From: Epiperipatus broadwayi
Lineage: Eukaryota > Animalia > Onychophora
Direction: 5' to 3'
Assembly (NCBI GenBank): GCA_028023455.1
Contig: JAQFVV010000006.1
Span: 1,426,001-1,490,000 of the forward strand
DNA: 64,000 nucleotides
Position 1 is the stretch's first letter. The number at the start of each line of letters is the position of its first letter. Below the pieces are notes generated by a model. It had not been told where the DNA came from and searched no databases. It saw only the letters and a list, made by a program, of their open reading frames with translations. This document shows, piece after piece, positions 26,225-36,250 of this stretch. The translations under genes and the position numbers were made by a program.

Positions 26225-27123
26225 GCAACTAAAGGCACAAACTCTATACATATTGCCACCAGTGCAAGCCAAGCATCAATGGAGCCAGAAGGCTGTGCAT
26301 AAAATCCAATCTAGTGCCTACTCATCCATATCACCAGACTAGTTTTGGTTTGTGGCCTCGTCAGTGAGGCCTGGACCTGAGGCACGCACCTAGATATTAG
26401 ATCTAATGCACCCTCCAGCAGCACCTTTTACCTACTAACTACAATCTGGTCTAAATTGAAAATAATATTTTCAATCCAGCTCATTAGCTATATAGTCATA
26501 TAGTTGAACAGTTAGTACCTACACATTTTGGTGCTTGGTTGTTTAATAACATAACCACCAGTATCCTATTAGGCAGTTGGTTTTAAGCCTACTACATTAC
26601 AGATCACCATTTCTATGTTGCTCTGTTATTGAAACAGCAAAACCTCTATACGTATTGCCACCCAGTGCAAGCAAAGTAATCAATGGATGCCAGAAGGCTT
26701 GTGCATAAAATCCCATCTAGTGCCTACTCATCCAATATCCCCAGACTAATTCTGGTTTGTGGCCTTCGTCAGTGAGGAGCCTTGGACTGAGAGCACGCAC
26801 CTAGATTTAGGTCTAATGCAACCTCGCAGCAACTTTTATCTCTACTTAACTACAAACTATGAGTCTTAAATTGAAAACACCATAATATTTTCAATTCAAA
26901 CTCATTAGCTTATACAGTATAGTCATAAAGGTCTGAACTCAGTTCAGTACCTATACATTTTGATGACTTTGATTCTTTAATAACCATAGCCACCAGTGTC
27001 CTATTAGCAGGATTGGTTTCAGCCAGTAAACATCACATGATCACCATTTCTTATGCTTGCTAATAACGTTATTAAAACAAAACTCTCTATACGTATTGCC
27101 ATTCAGTGCAAGCCAGAGTAATC
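26225..27123 (-). mobile_element. Family B head-to-tail tandem array (~2.1 monomers of 400-440 bp), each with a decayed HHR
   Basis: The landmark TATTGCC recurs at ~26253, 26654 and 27095. HHR cores TCGTCAGTGAGG lie at ~26358 and ~26767. Confidence 0.85.
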
Positions 27124-27464
27124 ACACATTCCTTTCAGTTTATTTGGATCTTTCCATATCTAGTTTTTCATTTCTGATACTAAATTTCTTGTATGTGGAA
27201 TGTGAAGATGTGATCAAGCTAGCGAAAATAGATAATCATGTTAAACCTATATGATTTGGATATCTTTATCTTCCAAAATTCCAAATAATAATTGTAGATA
27301 AATATATTTAAGTGACTCTGTATTATGAATTAAAGATCTCGTTTATCAATTTCTGCCATGACTAAAAAAAATTAAATAATATCTCCACCATATATATCAG
27401 TATAATCTTTCTATTCTTTCAAAAGTTTGGTTCACAGTTATATTTAATATGTATAATCAAATAA

Positions 27465-27872
27465 CATCACATGATCACCATTTCTTATGCTTGCTCAAGC
27501 TGTTAAACAGGCAAAACTCTTTATACAGTAGTGCCACTCAGTGCGAACCAGAGTAATCAATGAATGCAAGAAGGTTTGTGCATAAAATGCCTATTTGGTG
27601 CCTACTCATTCAATATCCCCTGACTATTTCTAGCTTGTGGCTTTCATCAGTGAGGAGCCTTGGATCTGATAGCCATGCACCTAGGTCTTAGGATCAGTGC
27701 TTTCATATCCAAGGCTCCTCACTGATGAAAGCCACAAGCTAGAAACTAGTCTGGGGATATTGGATGAGTAGGCACTAGATAGGTATTTTATGCACCAACT
27801 TTCTTGCATCCATTGATTACTCTGGCTTGTATTGAGTAGCACTACTGTATGGATAGTTTTGCCTGTTTTATC
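27465..27872. mobile_element. Family B tail-out inverted pair centred ~27690
   Basis: Minus arm 27465-~27690 (decayed HHR at 27616-27656) and plus arm ~27695-27872 (intact HHR at 27716-27757). Confidence 0.88.
27716..27757 (+). ncRNA. Minimal type I HHR (family B)
   Basis: TCCTCA-CTGATGA-A AGC cacaa GCT A-GAAA-C TA G-TC-TGGGGA. 6-bp stem I, 3-bp stem II, palindromic ACTAGT stem III, GUC triplet. Confidence 0.85.
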
Positions 27873-29380
27873 AGATAACTGACCTTCACCATTTTTTTTC
27901 TTTTTGAATTTATTTCTTTTGAATCAGTTGTCATTACAATCTGGTTTCAGCCATTTTATATGGTCTGCATCAAGAGGCTCATGAAAAACTGTATGCATAT
28001 CTATTTTTCGTTATATAATCCATTAAGTTAAATAATAAGTGGTTAATGGATAAAGAATGGATAGTTAATTAATTAATATATGTGGATATATATCCATTCA
28101 ATATATATAATAGAGTAATTTTGTAGTAGAATTGAGAAAAAAAATCACATAATAGATCGTGTCAGATATCCATTTGTTTATCTGTCTTCTCTCATGTATT
28201 GATATAGATGTCGCTATATGTGCTTTAAATCATGGAGACATATTGAAACGGGCAAAAAACATAATTTGCCGAAAAAGGATTTTTTATGATAATTTTATAA
28301 TTTGTAATCTTTGTTGCTTGTATATATGTATTTTTAAACATATTTGACTATTATATAATCTGTGAATGGTAATGTAACAAAAATGTATAATGTTTTTTAG
28401 TTATGAAAGCCTCGACAAAGGTCATAAGCTAGACAAAAGATTGTGACAATGATTTTTGATTCAAATAAAATAATATTTTAAAAGAAGAAATTGATGAATA
28501 TCTGTGGAGTTATTTAAATATATATATTGCAAAAAGTATATTCTTCATATCCAATGTGCAGAAAAATCAGACTAAATTAGCAAGTCATGTTTCATCAGGT
28601 AAACATCAAATCATCAGTTATAATAAAATATGAACATGGTTTTATACATCTAGTAGTGTTACATATATTCTTTTTTGGAAAAGATTCCAATTCACATGTT
28701 CATGGCAGAAATAATCGTTTGACTAATTTTATGAAATACATTTATTGTCTTAGTGCATTTGACGATTTTACGATAAGTTCCATGAATATTACCCCGAGAG
28801 ACAGCACCGAATATAAGGTTACTTTGAATTTTTTTAATGCTATTGAAATAAATAAGAGAAATCTTCCATTTTTTTCATACATAACTTAGTGCGAAACACA
28901 ATATATATAACGATAATACTTAAATCTATTAAAGTACAAAATTATATTTCACAAGAGTTTGTGGGCAATTGACAATTATTTTAGTGCTATTATTTAAAAC
29001 TGCATAGCCAACCTTTTGACACAACGAGTCTTTGTTAAAACTACACCGAAATTTGTTAAAGTGAATCTTTAAGTATGTATAAAGATTTCAATCTAGATTT
29101 GCAAAAATATTCTACATTGAAAGCCCATAAAAGCAGACTGTAATAATAATTAATTTTCCATAAATTCTTGTGGAATACAATTTTATATATATATAAACAA
29201 TGAAATTATAATTAATGCCATGTAAATTTACGATAAATTGTGAATCCGCAATTTTAATGGGTTATAATTATTTATGATATATTGTCAATCCACAATTTTG
29301 GTGGGTTATTTTAATTTCTAATGCTGTATTTATTTATTATATATACATATGAGTAGAATGCCATCTTAAAATGTTTGTAG

Positions 29381-29505
29381 TTTTGTGAAGCGGATAATAA
29401 ATTGAACATCTTGGTATCATTTCTCAAATCACGTTTGGATTTAAAACACATGATATTTTTCAATACGTGTGCCAGTGTGGATTATTTCTCGGATATTTTG
29501 AAAAG
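29381..29505 (+). CDS. DDX55: DDX55 coding exon (motif IV)
   Basis: Acceptor tttgtag and donor gtaaga. FCEADNKLNILVSFLKSRLDLKHMIFFNTCASVDYFSDILK+AG matches DDX55 VCKADEKFNQLVHFL...KHLVFFSTCACVEYY. Phase 0 start fits the previous exon. It is absent from the ORF track. Confidence 0.93.
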
Positions 29506-29789
29506 GTAAGATTTTTCTTTCTTTGTAAGCATGAGCTAGGAAATATTACGTGACTGCCAGAATTATGATTTTTTTCACAGGAATCTTTCGAGTTCCATTT
29601 TTTTTTTTTTTAAAAAATTAAGATTATGGAATCAATTAATAATATCACAAAGTAGTGAAAATTATTTCTGATTCTTAATTTGAAATTGATACATTCTCCA
29701 ATCAGGGACCATGGATTGAATGAATGATTGAGTTGAGAAATTAAGACATTCTTTGACATAAATGAACATATTAAGGTTTCATGTGTGAG

Positions 29790-30135
29790 GGATCAGATTG
29801 ACTTAAGATCAACATGGGTACGATAACAATATTGATATCAACAAGGGCTTTGAGCATTCCAGTCTTGGATTTTCAATGAAATGGATGGCTGAAGGGTTGG
29901 AGAGTGGAGAAGATTGAAGCTTATCCATTAAAGTTTAAAGATTTGCTATTTTAATATAAACTGAGCATTGATTGTATATATGTGTGGGAGATGGTGATCT
30001 GGACCAACTGATGAGCGCTGGTTCAACGTGAAATACATGTATTGGAGATCATTTGGTCATATGTATCAATTGTATAAGATAGATTGGATAGATGTAGGGT
30101 GCTTGAAAGTTCAAGTCCTTTATAATTACATTAAG
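29790..30135 (+). mobile_element. Family A retrozyme-like element
   Basis: Homologous to 35041-35330, 56338-57066 and 58123-58270. Contains the HHR at 30004-30045. Confidence 0.8.
30004..30045 (+). ncRNA. Minimal type I HHR (family A)
   Basis: CCAA-CTGATGA-GCGCTG gtt CAACGT-GAAA-TACATG-TA-TTGG. Stem I is CCAA/TTGG and the triplet is GUA. Confidence 0.7.
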
Positions 30136-30170
30136 TTACATATAGACAATATACATATATTTAAATATAT

Positions 30171-32517
30171 AATTAAAATTACCCCAAATCCAAAATTCAA
30201 CCAGACCAGCAAAAAATAATATTAAAACACAACCAAAAGTTTCACTGCTACAAGCAGACTTCTCAAGTGTAAAGAACAACAAAAACTACACAATATATAT
30301 AATATTAAACATTACCCACAAATCCATTCACTTCCCATCCACCCTTAATATTAAAAGAACTCTTAAATAAGTTAATTGCTTCAGAATAATAAATTTTCAA
30401 TAATAAAGATTCTTTAATTCTTCTTTTGATTTCATTTCTCTCAAAGAAGACAACCTTAGCTTCATCAAAATTAATAGTGTGGCCTGTATCTTTTTCATGA
30501 CATACAAAGCAGAACTAAGATATCTATTTTTAACTCTACTTTTATGAACCTTTATTCTTTCATTTAAACTCAAACTACTCTGACCTATGTAAACCTTCTT
30601 ACAAATAAACAAGGAATAAAATATACTATACCAGGAATAGTCTTTCTATCAAAAACTTCTTTTGTATTATTTAATAAATTATTCAATGTAACACCCCTTT
30701 TCCAAGCAATTTTCTTATTTCCAAACAATTTACTATTTCTACACACAATTTTATAAGAAGACAATTTAAATGGCAAAGAAATAAAATCATATTTTTTCTC
30801 TATCCTTTACATCCTTAACAGTATTACTATTAAATAAAATACTTTTAACAAATTTATCAGAGTAACCAACCCTCAGGTAATCTTTATAAAATTGACCTTT
30901 CTGAAACAAAGCTACCCCACTAGAATTATTTAATTTATTATTCCTATGACAATAATTCCTTAAAGCAGCTACTTTATGAGATACAGACTGATAGCTATCA
31001 TGTTTAATTAGAGATCTTAATTCTTTACTTTTAACTAAATGACTGCACAATAAACAATTAGTCTCTACATTTCTAATCACCAAAAGATCTAATAATTTTA
31101 ACTTACCAAAATCTAACCCCCCTCCTAACATAAATTTTATAGAAGGATCAAAACAATTAAACCCATTTACAAATTCCTTCAATTTATCATTCTCAATTAC
31201 AAATAAACAATCATCAACATAACTGACAAATAACTTTACATATAAACAATTCTTTTTAATAATAATTTCCTCTTCCATATAATTAATATAAACTGAACAT
31301 ACTAAAGGAGAAATAATATAACCTATTATCCACCCTTCCTTAATTTTATAAAAATTACCATTATAAGTAAAATACATAGAATCTTCCAATAATAAAAGCA
31401 AATCTTTAATTACCTTAATTTTATTTTTTGTTAAAGAACTTTTTTAATCAATACAGACATAAGAACATCAATACTGCTTAACCTATTAACAGACTGATAC
31501 ATATTTTCAATATCTAAACTGCCAAATACCCAATTACTTTCCATTTTAAAATTATTAATCTTATCAAAAGCCTCAAAAGAAGAAGAAACTGTGTAATGAC
31601 CAAAATCAACAAATTGTTTTAAAAAATTATTCAAGAATCTAGAAATACCCTCTACAACACTACCTGTAAAATCAAAAATAAATCTTAAAGGAAAACCATC
31701 TTTATGAGTCTTAATATTCACAAACATCTTAGCTGATGTAAAATCATTTGGATAACATTTTAAATAATCTACACTATTAAAATTTTTTAAATTAACCCAT
31801 TTTCTTCATAATATTTATCAACTTTCTTTTAATCAAATTACCTGGATCTTTATCTAAAAACATATATTTACCATTATTTAATTCTTTATCCATTTGCTCT
31901 TTGAATTCATCTCCTTTCGTAATGACAAACCTACCAGCTTTGTCTTCATGAGAAATGATCACATCATTAGCAATTAACCTATTCTTAAGATGTCTAACCT
32001 CAGCAGGATTAACCACAAATTTTTCTTTCCTTTTTAAACTTTTATTCAAAATCGATTGAACACCAACTTTCTGCTCATCACTCAAATTACTAGATTCAAT
32101 AGACAAAATTGTATCAAAAACTATATTTTTTGAATGAAATGGAACAAAATTAGGGCCTTTACCAAGAATATCTAATTCTCTATCATTTAACTTAATATCA
32201 GAAAGATTAACAACTCTATTATCAGAAGCATTACTCTCATACCCCTTATCACTACAATAAGTTTTATTAACTTTCCCAAACAACCACTTTAATTTTCTTT
32301 CATATTTCTTACAATAGAAATTTGACCTATTCTGTCTAAATTGCCTCATGAAAAAATTCAAAATTGAATAATTAAAATCTTGCCTCCTGTCTAAATAATA
32401 TCTATTTCTTTTATATACATAAATAAATTTGTAAAACTTTACAAAATTTTCTTTCAAAAAACTATTCAAAATATATGTTTGTAACTTAAAAACCAAATTC
32501 CTATTTTGAAGCAACCT
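30171..32517 (-). mobile_element. Penelope-like retroelement, left arm (RT + GIY-YIG; frameshifted, 5'-truncated)
   Basis: ORF pieces 31792-32514, 31431-31727 (KTHKDGFPLRFIF, SLDIENMY), 30787-31401 (ISPLVCSVYINYME, YVDDCL) and 30397-30776 (GIVYFIPC..YIGQS..ERIKVH). Confidence 0.93.
30227..30270 (-). ncRNA. Variant type I HHR (U3-A8) in PLE 3' end, left arm
   Basis: Minus strand reads ACAC-TTGAGAA-GTCTGCTTGTAGCAGT-GAAA-CT ttt GG-TT-GTGT. Confidence 0.7.
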
Positions 32518-32527
32518 TTTTTTTTTT

Positions 32528-34922
32528 AGGATAGAGTCTTTAAGATGGCAGATTTATTTTCATAAAAAATGTAGGGAATTTAGTGTTTTTCCTAGGTGTT
32601 GTGTTATTAATTTTAGTAGAAATAAAAAATTGCTTCAAAATAGGAATTTGGTTTTTAAGTTACAAACATATATTTTGAATAGTTTTTTGAAAGAAAATTT
32701 TATAAAGTTTTACAAATTTATTTATGTATATAAAAGAAATAGATATTATTTAGACAGGAGGCAAGATTTTAATTATTCAATTTTGAATTTTTTCATGAGG
32801 CAATTTAGACAGAATAGGTCAAATTTCTATTGTAAGAAATATGAAAGAAAATTAAAGTGGTTGTTTGGGAAAGTTAATAAAATTTATTGTAGTGATAAGG
32901 GGTATGAGAGTAATGCTTCTGATAATAGAGTTGTTAATCTTTCTGATATTAAGTTAAATGATAGAGGATTAGATATTCTTGGTAAAGGCCCTAATTTTGT
33001 TCCATTTCATTAAAAGAACATAGTTTTTGATACAATTTCGTCTATTGAATCTTGTAATTTGAGTGATGAGCAAAAAGTTGGTATTCAATCGATTTTGAAT
33101 AAAAGTTTAAAAAGGAAAGAAAAATTTGTGGTTAATCCTGCTGAGGTTAGACATCTTAAGAGTAGGTTAATTGCTAATGATGTGATCATTTCTCGTGAAG
33201 ACAAAGCTGTTAGGTTTGTCATTATGAAAGGAGATGAATTCAAAGAGAAAATGGATAAAGAATTAAATAATGGTAAATATATGTTTTTAGATAAAGATCC
33301 AGGTAATTTGATTAAAAGAAAGTTGATAGATATTATGAAGAAAATGGGTTAATTTAAAAAATTTTAATAGTGCAGATTATTTAAAATGTTATCCAAATGA
33401 TTTCATATCAGCTAAGATGTTTGTGAATATTAAGACTCATAAAGATGGTTTTCCTTTAAGATTTATTTTTGATTTAGATTCTTGAATAATTTTTTAAAAC
33501 AATTTGTTGATTTTGGTCATTACACAGTTTCTCCTTCTTTTGAGGCTTTTGATAAGATTAATAATTTTAAAATGGAAAGTAATTGGGTATTTGACAGTTT
33601 AGATATTGAAAATATGTATCAGTCTGTTAATAGGTTAAGCAGTATTGATGTTCTTATGTCTGTATTGATTAAAAAAAGTTCTTTAACAAAAAATAAAATT
33701 AAGGTAATTAAAGATTTGCTTTTATTATTGGAAGATTCTATGTATTTTACTTATAAAGGTAATTTTTATAAGATTAAGGAAGGTTGGATAATAGGTTATA
33801 TTATTTCTCCTTTAGTATGTTCACTTTATATTAATTATATGGAAGAGGAAATTATTATTAAAAAGAATTGTTTATATATAAAGTTATTTGTCAGATATGT
33901 TGATGATTGTTTATTTGTAGTTGAGAATGATAAATTGAAGGAATTTGTAAATGAGTTAAATTGTTTTGATCCTTCTATAAAATTTGTGTTAGAAGGAGGG
34001 GGGTTAGATTTTGGTAAGTTAAAATTTTTAGATCTTTTGGTGATTAGAAATGTAGAGACTAATTGTTTACTATACAGTCATTTTGTTAAAAGTAGAGAAT
34101 TAAGATCTATAATTAAACCTGATAGCTATCAGTCTGTATCTCATAAAGTAGCTGCTTTAAGGACTTATTGTCATAGGAATAATAAATTAAATAATTCTAG
34201 TGGGGTAGCTTTGTTTCAGAAAGTTCAATTTTATAAAGATTACCTGAGGGTTGGTTACTCTGATAAATTTGTTAAAAGTATTTTATTTAATAGTAATATT
34301 TGTAAGGATGTAAAGGATAGAGAAAAAATATGATTTTATTTCTTTGCCATTTAAATTGTCTTCTTATAAAATTGTATGTAGAAATAGTAAATTGTTTGGA
34401 AATAAGAAAAATGCTTGGAAAAGGGGTGTTACATTGAATAATTTATTAAATAATACAAAAGAAATTTTTGGTAGAAAGACTATTCCCGGTGTAGTATATT
34501 TTATCCCTTGTTTATTTTGTAAGAAGGGCTACATAGGTCAGAGTAGTTTGAGTTTAAATGAAAGAATAAAGGTTCATAAAAGTAGAGTTAAAAATAGATA
34601 TCTTAGTTCTGCTTTGTATGTCCATGAAAAAGATACAGGTCACACTATTGATTTTGATGAAGCTAAGGTTGTCTTCTTTGAGAGAAATGAAATCAAAAGA
34701 AGAATTAAAGAGTCTTTATTATTGAAAATTTATTATTCTGAAGCAATTAACTTATTTAAGAGTTCTTTTAATATTAAGGGTGGATGGGAAGTGAATGGAT
34801 TTGTGGGTAATGTTTAATATTATATATATTGTGTAGTTTTTGTAGTTCTTTACACTTGAGAAGTCTGCTTGTAGCAGTGAAACCTTTGGTTGTGTTTTAA
34901 TATTTTTTTTTGCTGGTCTGGT
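32528..34922 (+). mobile_element. Penelope-like retroelement, right arm (RT + GIY-YIG; frameshifted, 5'-truncated)
   Basis: The frame is open from ~32528 (RIESLRWQIYFHKKC...) into ORF 32630. RT lies at 33482-34333 (SLDIENMY, ISPLVCSLY, RYVDDCL, KFLDLLV). GIY-YIG lies at 34344-34817 (GVVYFIPCLFCKKGYIGQS...ERIKVH...HEKDTGHTIDF...KESLLL...AIN). It is an inverted copy of 30171-32517. Confidence 0.95.
34852..34895 (+). ncRNA. Variant type I HHR (U3-A8) in PLE 3' end, right arm
   Basis: ACAC-TTGAGAA-G T CTGCT tgt AGCAG T-GAAA-CC ttt GG-TT-GTGT. Stem I is ACAC/GTGT, stem III is ACC/GGT, the triplet is GUU, and cleavage is predicted after 34891. It lies 35 nt after the GIY-YIG stop codon. Confidence 0.75.
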
Positions 34923-34954
34923 CATAAATATAAAAGCCAAGAAAAGTTAAAATT

Positions 34955-35700
34955 AAGGTGACACTTTAGTCTTCATTAAAATCATTATGATTATTCATGA
35001 ATGTTAAATATTTGATAGTACATTTTATTTAATTAATTAATATATAGGGGATTTGAACCCAGACTTTCATACGACCCTCAACCATCCATGCTATCTCTTA
35101 CTGCTGATACACTTGATCACACATATGTTGAAAAGATAAATAATCACCAATATTCTTATTTCATGCTAAACCAGAACTCGTCAGTTGGTCCAGATTATCA
35201 TCTCCACACATATATACAATCAATGCTCAGCTTATATTAAGATAGTCAATCTTCAAACTTCAATGGACAGACTTCAAACACTCCACCCATAACTCTTCAG
35301 CCATCCATTTCATTGAAAATCTGATGATGGAACGCGCAAAGCCTGAAAGTCGGAGTTCAAACCCCTATATATTACATATAGAAGTGCAGGTATGAAAATG
35401 CCTGTACTGTAGAAAAAATTCATATTTTAATTAATTAAGTAAATTTAACTTTGAAAGATAAGTTGTTTGAAATCTCTAGAGTATTTTTATATCTATTATA
35501 TATTCTTTATTAGCCATCTTTTGCCATTAAATAAATTTGATGTTAATACAGAAAATGGAGTTATTATTTAGGATCTTTGTTTAAAATGATTCTTTAAATC
35601 TTTGAAAGTTAAATTTATATAATTAGTTAAATAAAAAGCACTGTCAAATATTTAGCAGTCCTAAATCATCATAAGTAATATAGACTAAAATTTCACCTTG
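34955..35700. mobile_element. Old MITE-like foldback (~80-bp diverged TIRs) hosting a family A insertion
   Basis: 34955-35035 (AAGGTGACACTTTAGTC...AAATATTTGATAGTAC...) is an imperfect reverse complement of 35620-35700 (...GCACTGTCAAATATTT...GACTAAAATTTCACCTT). Confidence 0.55.
35041..35425 (-). mobile_element. Family A element (minus body + short inverted plus 3' tail) with ~13-bp TSD
   Basis: The HHR lies at 35146-35189 (minus: ACCAA-CTGACGA-...-GAAA-TAAGAA-TA-TTGGT). An inverted 3' tail starts at ~35342. Flanks TTTAATTAATTAA lie at ~35028-35040 and ~35426-35438. Confidence 0.8.
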
Positions 35701-35804
35701 TACTAATAGTAAATACCAAATGAAGTTTTAATAATAGCTTAACTAGTTTTAATCTAAAAAGAAAAGAAAAAAAAATGGAAACAGATAATAAATTTAACTT
35801 GTGA

Positions 35805-36250
35805 TAAAGATCCTGCCAAATAGAATAGTGGTGGCTATGGTTGTTAAAGAGCCAAAGACACCAAAATGTATGGGTGCTGAACTGAGCTCAGACCCATATG
35901 ACTATATAAGCTATTGAGCTTAGATTCAAAATATTATTGTGTCTTCAATTTCATTCTCATAGTTTTGTAGTTAAGTAAAGTTGAAAGGTGGGTGCTGGAG
36001 GGTTGCATTAGATCCTAAGGTCTAGGTGCAGTGCTCTCAGATCCAAAGCTCCTCACTGACGAAGGCCACAAGCCAGAAACTAGTCTGGGGATATTGGATG
36101 AGTAGGCACTAAATAGGGATTTTATGCACAAGCCTTCTGGCATCTATTGATTATTCTGGTTGGCACAGGGTGGCACTACTGGATGGAGAGTTTTGCCTTG
36201 TTTATTAACAATTATGTGCTAGTATAAGAGATGGTGATCATGTGATGTGA
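35805..36250 (+). mobile_element. Family B full monomer
   Basis: One complete permuted unit ending in GATGGTGATCATGTGATGTGAT, with the HHR at 36050-36091. Confidence 0.85.
36050..36091 (+). ncRNA. Minimal type I HHR (family B, G-C stem II variant)
   Basis: TCCTCA-CTGACGA-A GGC cacaa GCC A-GAAA-C TA G-TC-TGGGGA. Stem II GGC/GCC is a double compensatory change relative to AGC/GCT in other copies. Cleavage is predicted after C36085. Confidence 0.87.

Noticed and set aside
26225-26640. Apparently faster divergence of the first monomer in the tandem array
   Set aside because: The differences are mostly single-base losses in short runs relative to the neighbouring monomer. This pattern is typical of uncorrected long-read error, so it was not interpreted biologically.
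26225-27123. CRISPR-like or satellite interpretation of the repeats
   Set aside because: The context is eukaryotic, there is no repeat-spacer periodicity, and the units are ~430-bp dispersed elements.
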